A DNA stretch of 64,000 nucleotides, from NCBI GenBank assembly GCA_951406725.2, contig OX597819.1, positions 94,674,001-94,738,000 on the forward strand, written 5' to 3'. A model generated the notes under the pieces. The model saw only the letters and a list, made by a program, of their open reading frames with translations, was not told the origin of the DNA and searched no databases. Numbering within the stretch: position 1 is the first letter of the stretch; each line of letters opens with the position of its first letter. This DNA comes from Octopus vulgaris (lineage: Eukaryota). Of this stretch, positions 23,371 to 36,200 are shown one piece after another. The translations under genes and the position numbers were made by a program.

Positions 23371-25347
23371 CTACAAATAGAAATGAAATGCTCACACTTA
23401 CTCTTCAGCAGATTCAGAGTTAAAGGTTTTCACTTTCCAGCCTGCGTATTCTCTAATCTATCAAATTAAAAAAATAAGTTATCTTTTTCTTTGACAAGGG
23501 AACACTTTTTTCTTTTCTTTCCTCCAAATATTACAAAAAATATATAAATTAAAATTCTTTTAATGTATCATACAATGATACTTTTTAAGATATGTAAATA
23601 AAGGAAGAGAAATTTTTCTATAGACGATGTAATTCAAAGTTATAAGCTTTCAAATGAAAATAATATTAAATTATAGTGTGTTGATTGTGGGAGTCAGCAG
23701 CTGAAGTTAAAAATAATGTTAAACCTTGTTTAACTTTAGTTTATGAAACATTAAATGATAGAGATATTCTCAATAAATTGGATATATTTATAATTTCTGA
23801 AGGATGTAAACTGACAGGCTCATTAACCTTGAAGAGAATTGCTTGCAGTATTTTTCCCAGCTCTCTGCACTTTAAATTGAAATCCTGCTCAGATCAACTT
23901 TGTCCTTCATTCTTTTGAAGTTGGTAAATACACTATCAAGTACTGGAGTGCATTCTTTTCTCTCTTTTTTTCTCCATCAGCTAAACTGTACTTTAAGAAT
24001 TGTTTTAGATCACTTACAGTATCCCTTTCTCCAGAGAAAAAAAAAGGGCTAAATGAGGAGTTAGCAACTTCTCGTAGAAAAGCTGATATATCCTGGAACA
24101 TCCAAGGACAGTCCAATGTGCAATACATAAGAGGTTGAAAATAAAGAAAAAGAAATATTCAAGGTAGCTTACTACCCAATCTCCAGCTAGACAAACTAAC
24201 ACAGAATTGTCTTGCCAAGAAACAGAATGAAATACCTGCAGTAGAGATAAACTCAATACTGCCATGAAAGCTGACAGATCAATATTTATCCACTTAAACA
24301 TTTTACTTGTACAGCAATAAAAGAAGGAAGATATAACAAATAGAGAAAAGGAAGAAAAAGAGATTTTAAAAACAGTAATTAGTAGAAAAACTATAGGGAC
24401 TCTGATAATGGACTACATAAAAAACTTTTAAAACATAGAAAGTACTAGAATATATTTATGATAGAACTGAAAGAAAATGTTCAATTACAGTTTTCATTTC
24501 AATAACTACAATCCTTTTTAAAATAACTGACAAAGATACAGGCTTGAAACCTATACAATGGCTAAAATACTGTTAATCATGATATTTATTATTTTTAATG
24601 ATTAACATGTCAGTCATGTCAATTTCTATACAAGTACTTCCATTATGGAATTACTACATCATAAAAAATGCAAAATTCAAATCAGACAAGTTATGAAAAT
24701 ACAAGGTAGTTTTCCTTTTGGTATGCAGAAGGAATAACCAACATCAACTTGTCAATTTTTAATTCTGCACTCAAATGGCAAATTGAATGAAGGAAGAGTC
24801 ATCTATTTATTTCTAGTTAAAATATCTGAAACTAAATTCAAACCTAATCAACTTAATATTAGTAAATAATTGAATTTAACTGACCCTATGATTTAAGTAC
24901 TATCATCATATTTCAGAAGCAATGCCCCTGTGTAATGAAAAAGCTTGCCTTTGCTACATTTTAATATAGACTTTATTGATAGAATTTTACAGTCAGAAGT
25001 TCACATTGACTGAAAGGTAGCTTCCCATGAGTGATACAGAAGACTAAACTGGTAAAGCAAGGATTAGATACTTACAGCACCCAGTTAGTACACAGGTGAA
25101 CTTCTCAAAAGATCTTCAGGTTTGACATTGCTTAACTTCAGCAATATGACAGGAACAGGGGTTTTCAGGGTCAATTGGCTGTTAATGGATTTTAACATTA
25201 TAAGCTTCAGATTATCTCAGAATTTCACAATGATCCCTTCTATTGGCTCTGGAATGTTGTTGAGATAAACTGAGAATTAACTGACAGGAAACACGCACAG
25301 CATGTGGCAAACCTTAAAGTGTTGATGGAAGCAGTATTCATACTTAC

Positions 25348-25471
25348 CGATGAATTATTCCCCGGGAATGGAGATATTCTAGTGATTTGATGGTATCTCG
25401 TAATATGTAAGCTATAGCTTGCTCGGGCAAGCCAGATGTGAAATAAGCATGGAAAATATCTTTGCAGGATC
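25348..25471 (-). CDS. STRAD: STRAD exon
   Basis: GSCKDIFHAYFTSGLPEQAIAYILRDTIKSLEYLHSRGIIHR. Confidence 0.92.
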
Positions 25472-26398
25472 CTGGAATAAATTTATAATAAACAAAAGTG
25501 GAAAAAAATATTTTTATTTTTGTTAGTTACTATTAACATACACTTGTGAACAGAAACAGATAGTCAATAATTTCATTGGTTGTTTAGCAGTAAATGTAGT
25601 AAGATTTGCAGACATGTAGAAAAGCTAATGCTACAGAAACTGGTTAAAATGTTGAATATAGAAGTCATGTGATAAAAGACAAAATGGAAAATTCAAAAAT
25701 CTGTTTCAGAATGACAGGAAATGATGCTAAGTGTGTGTGTGTGTGGGGGGGGGGGAGAAGATAGGAATCTTCAAAGCTGTTAGATGACTTAAAGTACATT
25801 TTAAAAAATATTTTAACAGTGTTTTTACTTTACTGCTTCATTAAATAGAATTTTCCTATTCAGTTTCAAAATTACACAAATGTTCAACTTATGAGAAAAT
25901 ATTAATCTAATATAAAAATTAAAATATATAAAGCTTTAAGAAACGTAATAGATATTCATAGGTATGAAAACAAATTCTTTTGTTAATGTTATTGTGATCA
26001 GTAATGAAGATTAATCATCTGACAGTAGGTATCTAACTGAAAGGTCCAAAAGTGAAGATTTAAACTAAAACAAAGCAAATAACAGAAAATACGTTTCACT
26101 GACCAAAGTAATAAAGACAATTTATTATGGGTAACTAGTAATGCTATTTAATAATTTTTTACTGGAAAGTTACAGAAATTTATCTCAAAATATCACATAA
26201 ATTTGTTCAGTTTGAAAATTGGTACAAATAAATATCAGTAAGCAAATACAGTGATACCAAAACTAAAATAGTTATATGCAAGGACATCAAAGTCGTAGAT
26301 ATACTATGTAAAAGCCTATTGTCACACACCCACACATACATATATGAACATGACATAATAATAGAATAAACACAATAAACTATCAAATTAATACATAC

Positions 26399-26507
26399 CA
26401 TATGCCATAAATGGCATTATAATCCAAAGTTCATGGTCATAAACAAATGTAGTGTAAAATTTCAAAATTTTGTCATGTTGTAGTTGCTGAACCAAGGCAA
26501 TTTCTTT
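26399..26507 (-). CDS. STRAD: STRAD exon
   Basis: KEIALVQQLQHDKILKFYTTFVYDHELWIIMPFMAY. Confidence 0.92.
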
Positions 26508-26721
26508 CTGGAAAGAACAAAATATCATTTAGAAAGGAATCTTACTAACAAAAGCAGAAATACAGAAATTTTCATAAAATAAAATATAGTTTAGATATTC
26601 CAAGATTTAAACAGGTTATGTTATAAAATAGTTAGTCAAGAACTGTAAGCAAGATATGGAATGATAAAGACAAAAAGCTAAAGAGTTTTAATGTATTACA
26701 TCAAAGATAAATACAATTTAC

Positions 26722-26840
26722 CTGTAAATCTGCAATATCTGTAAAAATATTTTCTAAGTCTATTTTTTTGATTGCAACATTTGTTCCTGATGGTCTATGT
26801 TTTGCCAGATAAACAGTGACTGCATCACAGAACCCATGAC
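26722..26840 (-). CDS. STRAD: STRAD exon
   Basis: GHGFCDAVTVYLAKHRPSGTNVAIKKIDLE...DLQ. Confidence 0.92.
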
Positions 26841-27837
26841 CTGAAGAATGTAATAAACATCAACAACTTAAGTATGTAAATGAAAGTAAATTCTATATTT
26901 ATAAAGAAAACATTTGAAGCTACATGTGAGTGTGTGTAGGACCCATGGCCTACTGGTTAGGGTGTTACTCTCATGATTACAAGATTGTGGTTTTGATTTT
27001 CAGACTAAGCTATGCATCATGTTCTTGAGCAAAACATTTCATTTCACATTGTTCTGCAATCATTTGGCACCCCATGTACCTGTACCAGATAGATGTTTGA
27101 CCACAGGTGAATTATCTGTGCAGGTTGTTCGATAAGAAATTGCGGAAAGCCTCATTTGTTGTCTACAACAGGACAGTCCACTATATATATATATATACAT
27201 ATATATATATGATTATCATAGTTTAGCACCCACTTTTACATGCTTGGTGAGGCAGATTTTCTTTGGTTGAATACCCTTCCTGTTGCTAATCCTCAACCAT
27301 TTCCAAGCAACATATTTCTCATGGCCAGACAGGAAACACACTCATTTACAACTACCATGTGATGTTAAGACAAGCGTACACATACACACAAACTGCCAGA
27401 TGATAGATCCTCTAAAGTATGTCTGATTTTAAAAACTCAAAAATTTATGCTGTATAGTATTTGATATAGCTGTATTTGTTTATAGGTCACTCCTAATTAT
27501 TTCCCTTCGTTCATTTTCTGTCTAAATTATGCAAATTACCTCGGCTATAAATATGTTCTCTTTTTTTCATATACGTCCCTTGGTTACAGGAGATAGGGTG
27601 GGACAATTGTTGTACTGAAGATGACTAGTGAGGCAGAATGTGACCATGACTGTCCACTTATCTCCAAACAAAAAGCTTATCCTTTTTGTTAATAGCATGT
27701 GAACTTTGGAAACTTTTTGACACTTGGAGTTATCACACCTTTTCCAGGTTTTATTGCCATCTGGTAATAATGATACATCCTAAAGAATTTACAATGTACA
27801 GTGTTTGATATACATTTGTCTGTTTCTCTCTCTTTCT

Positions 27838-27879
<42 letters not shown>

Positions 27880-27914
27880 TACAGAAAATAGACTCCATCA
27901 ACTGCTGGTAGTAG

Positions 27915-28900
27915 ATAGCTTCCATTATCTAGGTTGCCAAGTTAGAAGCAGAGGTGGATGCTCTTAGAGCATAGATGTGAGAATAAGAATAGGCTGGGTA
28001 AAGTTCAGAGAGCTCCTACCTCTGCTGGCAACAAAGGGCCTCTCTCTCAGAGTGAAAGGCAAACAGCTATGCTACACAGCAGTGAAACATAAACAGTGAC
28101 AGACAAGGACATGCATGAGCTTGAAAGAAATGAAGCCAGTATACTTCGCTGGATATGCAATGTCAGTGTACATATTCAACAGAGTGTAAGTAACTTGTAA
28201 GAAAAATTGAGCATAAGAGGCATCAGATATGGTGTGCAAGATGACTGCACGGGTATGGTCATGTGATGCATATGGATGAGGACAGCTGCATAAAGAAGCG
28301 CTGATCTCTAACTGTGGAGGGAACCTGTGGTAGAAGTAGACACAGGAGGACATGGGACGAGGTGGTGAAGCATGATCTTCAAACTTTGAGCCTCAGAGGC
28401 AATGACTTATGACCGAGATCTTTGGCGATATGCTGTGCTCGAAAAGACCTGTCAAGCCATGTGAAATGGTAGTTGTGGTTGATGCTGGTGTCTTGTAACT
28501 AGCACCTGTGTTGGTGGCACATAAAAAGCACCTTTCAAGCATTGGGCCTCATGGAAGCAAAGTAGCCAATACCAATGGCACGTGAAAAGCACCTTTTGAG
28601 CATTGGGCCCGGAAACAATGACAAATGACCGAGACCTTTGGCATTATGTCATGCTTGAGAAGAAGACCCATCAAGCCAAGTAAAATACAATTGTGGCTGA
28701 TACTGGTGTCATGCAAATGGTACTCATGCCAGTGGCATGTAAAAGCACCCGTGACACTCTCAGAGTGGTTGGCATTAGGCATCCAGATGCAGAAACCATG
28801 CCAAATCAGACTGGAGTCTGGTGCAGCCTTCCAGCTTGCCAGCCCTGTTCAAACCGTCCAACTCATGCCAACACGGACAACAGATGATAATGATGATGAT
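27915..28900 (+). mobile_element. 5'-truncated degenerate RTE LINE
   Basis: RIRIGWVKFRELLPLLATKGLSLRVKG matches 61270-61350; 3' repeat units and (GAT)n tail. Confidence 0.85.
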
Positions 28901-29272
28901 ATATACACATGCATGTACACACAGAGTAAGCTTCTTTCAGCTTCCATCCACCAAATTGACATACAAGGCTTTGCTTGAACTGGAGCTAGAGTAGAAGACA
29001 TTTGCCCAAGATGCCATGCAGTGGGACTGAACCCAAGACCACATAGTTGGGAAGCAAACATCTTAACCACACACCCACTCCTGCCCCCTATATACATATA
29101 TATATTAAAGATAGTATTTAGTGAAATTTAGAAATATATAAACATATACAGGCATGGCATGTTTTCATGAGTACCATTTGTATGACACTAGTATAATGGG
29201 TTGACATATTTATTTGGTACTTTAGAAAAATCAAAATAAAAAAACAAAATGCTATCCAGTTATGTTTCTTAC

Positions 29273-29369
29273 CTATTAAGGAGTATAACGTGTAATGTGA
29301 CCGATTTGGTTCATACTTCACCATTTCTGCATTGTTTTCTGGAGAGGCCTCCAGTTGGTTCTCATTTGA
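29273..29369 (-). CDS. STRAD: STRAD exon
   Basis: SNENQ...YEPNRSHYTLYSLIG; canonical splice sites, phase 0-1. Confidence 0.85.
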
Positions 29370-29642
29370 CTGAAATAAACAATTGATCAACCAAATTTTA
29401 CAATAACATTTTATGGCTTAAAAAAAATACAAAAAGCAGCCTTTAGAAATTGGAGGTTTCAACAAGACAGCATAATGGAATTAGAAAAATATACTTGGTC
29501 TAAAGACAGAATATATTACATTGTGAAACATGCCAAAGTACAGCCTCTTAATAGAAGGATAATTGTTAGAGTAGGACTTCAGAGACTTTAACACAAACAT
29601 TAAACTACTGCTGAAAAAAAAAAATGAAGAAAGATAACTTAC

Positions 29643-29717
29643 TGGATATTGTAGATCACGATCAAAAGGTGCTGAAACAGGTGAATCTCCTACTCGTGCC
29701 TTTGTGCATGCACAGTG
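29643..29717 (-). CDS. STRAD: STRAD exon
   Basis: HCACTKARV..., comparable to STRADB DCFCTSRTQV; ttcag| and |gtaagt. Confidence 0.75.
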
Positions 29718-32169
29718 CTGAAATGTAGATAGAAAATAATCTTCTATTCTTACAAGCAAAGAGTAAACAAGATGAGGGCTGTCAAATTAAAAAAACAAAA
29801 GAAATACAAACCTTGTGAAATGAGTAAACAAACCCTTTATATATTTTAACGAAACTTTCATTTGTAGATATCATTTTTTGTATCTATCAGTATGATTTAT
29901 TCTTACTAGCCATTATCGCCATGGAATTAGTCACAGTAAACAGATCTCATTTATTTCCATCATCCCAACTCTTGATTTGTAGACAAATATATGTGGGCTA
30001 TATATGTAGAACAATATCAAGGATGAAATCATTGCTAATGACCTCAAACATAAATATTCTATTTTACCTTTGGACAAAATATACAATTTAAAGCAATCTA
30101 ATTGCATATTACCATGAATGGCATACACTTATGAAACACCTTCAAATATTTAATATGTAGCCTTTTTGAAACTCACAGAAAAAAGCAAAAGTAAAATGAA
30201 TATATACAAATAGATCTTTACTGATATTTTCCTTAAGTGGGTTTAAAATTAAATTCGCTATATCACATCTTTAATCAGATATCTTTTTTCTAAAAAGTCA
30301 TGTAATTAGCAACCAAGACAGAACTGAATTCATATGTATTACTCATAAAATCCCTGGCACCCTTTTAAAACTTGAAGAACAATTTTTTTTACTAAGTGAG
30401 TATCTATTTATTCATGACTTGATATATATTATATAAAGAAAAATAGAAAAACACTATTTTAAGCTTGTCAGTTCAAAGATAATCCTATATATTCAAAGAA
30501 TACTTTTTCAAACATTAAAATTCTATTGAAAGTCTAAGAATGCTTTAAAAATTGCATATTTTGAATTATTTAAGAATCTATCAATCAAAACTATTAATAC
30601 TTGGAAGCTACAATAATAACTTATAAGAAAACTAATTATATGTTTCAATTTTAATACCTTTCAGAAGTAGTATTGAAATGTTTAGTTTTAAAATATAAAA
30701 TAATAAAAATGATTTCCAAGGATATTGGCGATAAAAAAGTAATATTAGTAGTATTTTGTACATTGTAAACCAGCCCCTGAGATGTATTTCAACTTATTGG
30801 CATTTTAAAGAATAGTGGACAAAAGCTGTTGAGCAGTGAAAAATTTAAAGAATTTTAAACAAAACCAGGTTTTGTTTTCTTTTAGAATAGAATATCAAGT
30901 ATACTCATTCATACTACAAACAAAATGTTTTCATGATAAATGGACTACCAGAACATCACAAAATATATTAACCAACTGAACTAAACATTTTGAGAAGTCA
31001 GATTGGAGAGGGGGAAACCAGGAAAAAAAATCTATTCAGAACATTAACAATTTCATGAGAGAAGCAGAAATATAAATTAACTGTGCAAACCATTACATGT
31101 GTAAGGGTTATCACATTTGCCTGTATTTGTTCTTTTTCACACTGAAATTGTTGTTACAAATGAATATCATTTAACAGATTCATTTGATAGAAGCTAAAGC
31201 TTCATTGTTCCTACTCTGAGTTTCTTACCAAATGTTTATATTACATACAAAACAGTAACCTGATAAAATCACATATACTGGTATAAAGCTTTTATCTTTT
31301 TTTTTTTCACACAATCTTAAAATATGTTTCATATACATACCTTCATATTTAAGTTGCTAAAAAATTTTTTTTTATGCAATGTCTATATTTTGTCATTTCA
31401 CTTGTCAAGCATAACATCCACTGTACAGATTATGCAGATAAGTGTGCACCCATATTGAAGATAGAATCACAATGTAATTTTTAAAATATATTGTAATATA
31501 TAGATTAGTGATTAATAAAAAAAAAATCATGATGCATAAAACAATACCTAACAATAAATATACCAAAAGCAAGTGTCATTGTATTTCCAACTTGTTTCTG
31601 CACATCCACAAACTATTCAAAATTCCATGGAGTTAATCTGTAAATTCACTACTATTAGAATTGGAACTTGTATCTAATATCCTGAAAGTTTAGCAACATG
31701 CATAGCTAATACTCTCAGTCTTTGACTAGTTCTTGCTTTTCTTTTAGCACAACACTTCCCTTGATCATTTGCATGTACTTGCCTTACCTAAGTTGGAATG
31801 TATTACATTACATTTACACATCCAAACTAGCTATGTTTCCCTGCCACATGACCTACCTTCATACACACTATATTTCATTATATGTTGTTACACAATTATC
31901 CAATATTTTCTGAACACTTAATGCACAACCATCTTTAAGTATCATAATTAACACAGAAACATCATATATGGTTTCAAAATTTGACAGAATGCCAGCAAGT
32001 TTGGTAAATTAATTACATCAACCTCGGTGCTCAACTGGCACCTATTTTATTGACCCTGAAAGGGTGAAAGGCAAAGTTGACCTCAGAACATAAAGATGGA
32101 TGAAATGCTGATAAACCTTTTGCCAGGTATGCTAATGATTCTGCCAGCTCACCACTCTAGAACCATCAA

Positions 32170-32377
32170 GCACCTGAGCCAGTGCCATGTAAAAAGCGCC
32201 TATGCTGGTGCCACATAAAATGTATCTAGTACATTCTGTAAAGTGGCTGATGATAGGAAGGGCATCCAGCAGTAGAAACCATGCAAAGACTAACAACTGG
32301 AGCCTGGCACAGCTCTTCAGCTCTGGTCAAACCATCCAGCCCATGTCAGCATGGAAAATAGATGTTAAATGATGATG
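32170..32377 (+). mobile_element. Degenerate RTE 3' tail
   Basis: taggaagggcatccag...gttaaatgatgatg. Confidence 0.7.
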
Positions 32378-33251
32378 ACACAACCTGTTTAGCCATTTGC
32401 CCGTCTCGTGTATCACATGTAATACACAGGATGTATTTACCTGGTGTCCATGCATCATATATTATACATATTCCTTATTTTCTTCAACCACCAGAGTAAC
32501 TTGGGACTTATGAAAGGAAAGCTTTATATTATTGAGAACATATGGAAAAACAGTTCACTAAAAGTCTGAAAACAAGCATGGATGTTTTTAACAAACTTAT
32601 GAAAATGCTTTAGACAGGCAAAAGATTAAGTATCATACAAAAATAGATAGATACAGACAATCCATTAGATAACTGCCAAAACCCTCATTCATACAGAGTT
32701 TCAGTTCTCTAATATCTAATTACAATGAATAATGGGAATGGTTCAATTTCCTTATTCAGTAATTTTATGTCATTTGTTTCACTATTTAGCATATTCTTAA
32801 GACAAAAGGTACTAAGTATCTTTTAATATTTATGATAGGACGAGTTTTTAATATAAATTTAGTAATATACTAGCTATACTTCAGGCACAAGGCTAGATAT
32901 TTGTGGGGTGAGTATAGTTAATCATATCAATCCCAGTACTTGACTAGAACTTCATTTTATCAACCCTGCAATAATAAAAAGCAAATTGACCACACCAGGA
33001 TTTGAACTTGGATTGTAATGAGACATCATAAAGCATTTTGCCCAATGCTTTCACAATTTTGTCAATTCAATGTCCTCAAAGTAACATCTTATTTACTTGT
33101 ATACATAAAATTTATCCTGGAATTAAAAAAAAAAATTTCTTGATTATCAAGATAAGAATTAAAATGTTAGAATATTTAACACTGGTATTAGTAGTAAAAT
33201 GTTGCTGCCAATGCATTTTTTTAAACAGTTACATGTTGGCATGATACTCAC

Positions 33252-33263
33252 CAAAAAAGACAT
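33252..33263 (-). CDS. STRAD: STRAD first coding segment (MSFL) in exon 33252-33307
   Basis: ATG TCT TTT TTG|gtgagt, same as the human STRADA start MSFL; acceptor ttttcag before 33307 implies an upstream non-coding exon. Confidence 0.8.
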
Positions 33264-36200
33264 TTATGGTCAGCCAGCAAGCACTACCAAACAAAATCCT
33301 GGAAATTCTGAAAATGAAGACTTCTTACTTTAATAATATCTGACACTAAATCTAAAGGCACTATTAAATGGTAAAATACTTCACCAGCTTGTCAGCAGAG
33401 AAAAATGTGTTCTTGATACTTATTTTCCTATTAATGCTCAAGTTTCAGTAATTTTATTAACTGATCATTTATTCAACAACACCAGTTGAATAAATCTTCC
33501 GAACTAACAACAATCTCATCCAATCACTCAAAACTCAGGTCCAGTTGGTTAATTCAATTATAAAATGTCAACCGTTGAAAGAATATTCTACATTATAAAA
33601 AAAATTATCAATACAAAACTTGAAATTTTAAGCTCTAAACATTCTTGTTAGTTGTAACTATAGAAGCTTCAAATGGATATTCTTGATATTTTTGAATACC
33701 TTTGGACCATTAACATCTGTTTGTATTTATTTATGAATTTCAACCATTTTTTTTTCTCCTAATACATGTCTAGTAATATTACCAGGTATTGAACTAACAT
33801 GTTTTATTCTATATCTTAAATAAACTATTCTATATTTGCAACTTTTGAAATAACTTAGTTTAATTTAAATAGAAACTAAAGTTTACAATAGCTTTCCATT
33901 AGTAAATATTCTAAAAATTACCAACCCAAATATGAATTAATGACCTAGGGGATTTTCAGTTTAAATACAAAATTAACACCTACCAAACTATTTGAAATGT
34001 AGTATAGGGATAGTGCCAATTCAAATACTTGTCATCATATTTAATGATCTTTTTGTTTTTACAAAACAATATCAAAGAATCAGAATTATAGGAAGACAGT
34101 TTATAGGCATTATTAAATTAGCAGCAGAATTCACTAGTGCCAATAACAATTGAAGTTTATGCCAATGTCTATGTTTCAATAATATTAAAAAGAAAAAAAA
34201 ATTACCATAGGAAGGGAAAAATGGAAATGATATAATTTGATTGAATTTTGCTTTCTACTAAAAAACGCAAAAAACTACGGATTTTAAACTATATTACTAA
34301 TACCTAATGAACCTTAAAATGAATAAGAATTTAGAAAACGCCAGCAGAAGTTTTACTTCATACTGAATAATTCAATCTAAATATATCTTTCACAGTCTGG
34401 CAACTTCAACTACACTAATTAAAATCAAATAACTTTTCTGCTGTCAGAACAGTAGTCAGGATTGAGTTAGAGAGTGTAGGAGAAAAAAGCAATGCATTCA
34501 ATGAGAGAGTAGGAGAAAAATGCAATACATTTTATTTTCAGATCACTATTAAATATTGGCAAACATAAAAAATAGTAGTTAGTAATATAAGTCTTAAGTG
34601 GAGTACAAATGGCTCTAACAACTATATCAAGATGTTTATTGTCACAATGCAAAAAAATCCATAATTATCATAGATAAATTTAAAAGTTATTTCACTTGCT
34701 TTAGCCATTATAGCAAAGACTATGCTTGAACTGCAGTGTCATCCCCTTCATTAATGTTTGTAAGATTTGAACAATTTAGAATTCTAAATATGGAGAAAAC
34801 TGAAAATAGAGCCCAATTTTTACGCAAACATACCTATATGTGTATTTATGTGTAAATACATATATTTCTTTAACAAAAATAGAATTTCTTATTTGTTAGG
34901 TCTTTTATTAAGATGCTGATATCCCAAGCTCTTTTCATTTACTCAACAAACTAAGAAAGACTTCTCCTTGTTCTAAAGTGTTAATGAAATAAATTCATTA
35001 CACTCCACATTTTGGAAAGTAAATATTTTCCAAGTGATAAAATTACAAAGTGAAAAATATAATTCCTATACAAATTATATAAAAAAGAATGAATGTTGAT
35101 AAACATTTGTTATGGTATATATATCTAAATATGTATATGGTTAATATCTATATATTTGTTATGGCATGTGTCTATATATTTAAAGCATCTATCTACAAAC
35201 ATGTACAAGAATTCATGAAAAAAAAAACATTCTCTCTGCCCATAAATCAAAGAAGGAACAATGCATAAATTAATCTTCAACAATTATAAATAAATGTACT
35301 CAAAATTCATGACAAAATGCCAGATCTTATAAAGATAATTTCTTTGTAAGAGCTTTATTAATATTAAGCCTTATTAGAATCAATATCAAAACAATTCCTT
35401 TCATAAAACATTTTGACTGCATGAACAAATATAAGAAAATTTCATAAAGTCTTCTATTTATTGTAATTAAATTATTGTCAATGTTACATTTTTATAATGC
35501 GATTATACTTAAAGCAATTGGCTAAATGCTCAGTGATCATGCAATGAAGTTCAAAATAACCATTCGTATATTTTTATTTACTCTGAAATTGTTTTAGGAA
35601 AAACGTGCTTGATGTAGGCTTTAAAAATGGAATGTGTTTTCTCTAAGACTTAGTCTTTCTATCAAGATGATATTAATGGGATGGGATATTTTCTTTCTCT
35701 CCCAAATATCTAAAATGCACCATTTAAGCCAAATTATATAAAGCTAAATTAAAATATAAAATATATTTTGTGATTAATAATAAGGGTTTCTAACATGGGC
35801 ACAAAACAAATTTTGGAAAATAACAAGAGAACTTAACTGATACTAATTTTTTTTTAATTCAGGAAGGACGAAAGTAAAATTCATCCCTGTCAGCATTCAG
35901 ATCACAATAATAATCATTATTTCAAGCTTTGAAACAAGGCAGGCAATTTTAGGAGATGGGAATAAGAATTTGAACTCAGAATTTTAAAAACTAAGAGAAA
36001 TGCAATTTGTTGGACATGTTTAACAATCCTGCCAGCTCACTGCCTTAAACAATAATGACAACTTCTTGTGCACATGACAATTTCATGTGCACAGAATGTT
36101 TATTCTGGCAGTGGATATGAGGCATTTTATATCACAATAAAATTATAACAAAACATAGGATTTTAAGTGATTGAGAAATGGGAATCTGAGAGCTTCATAA

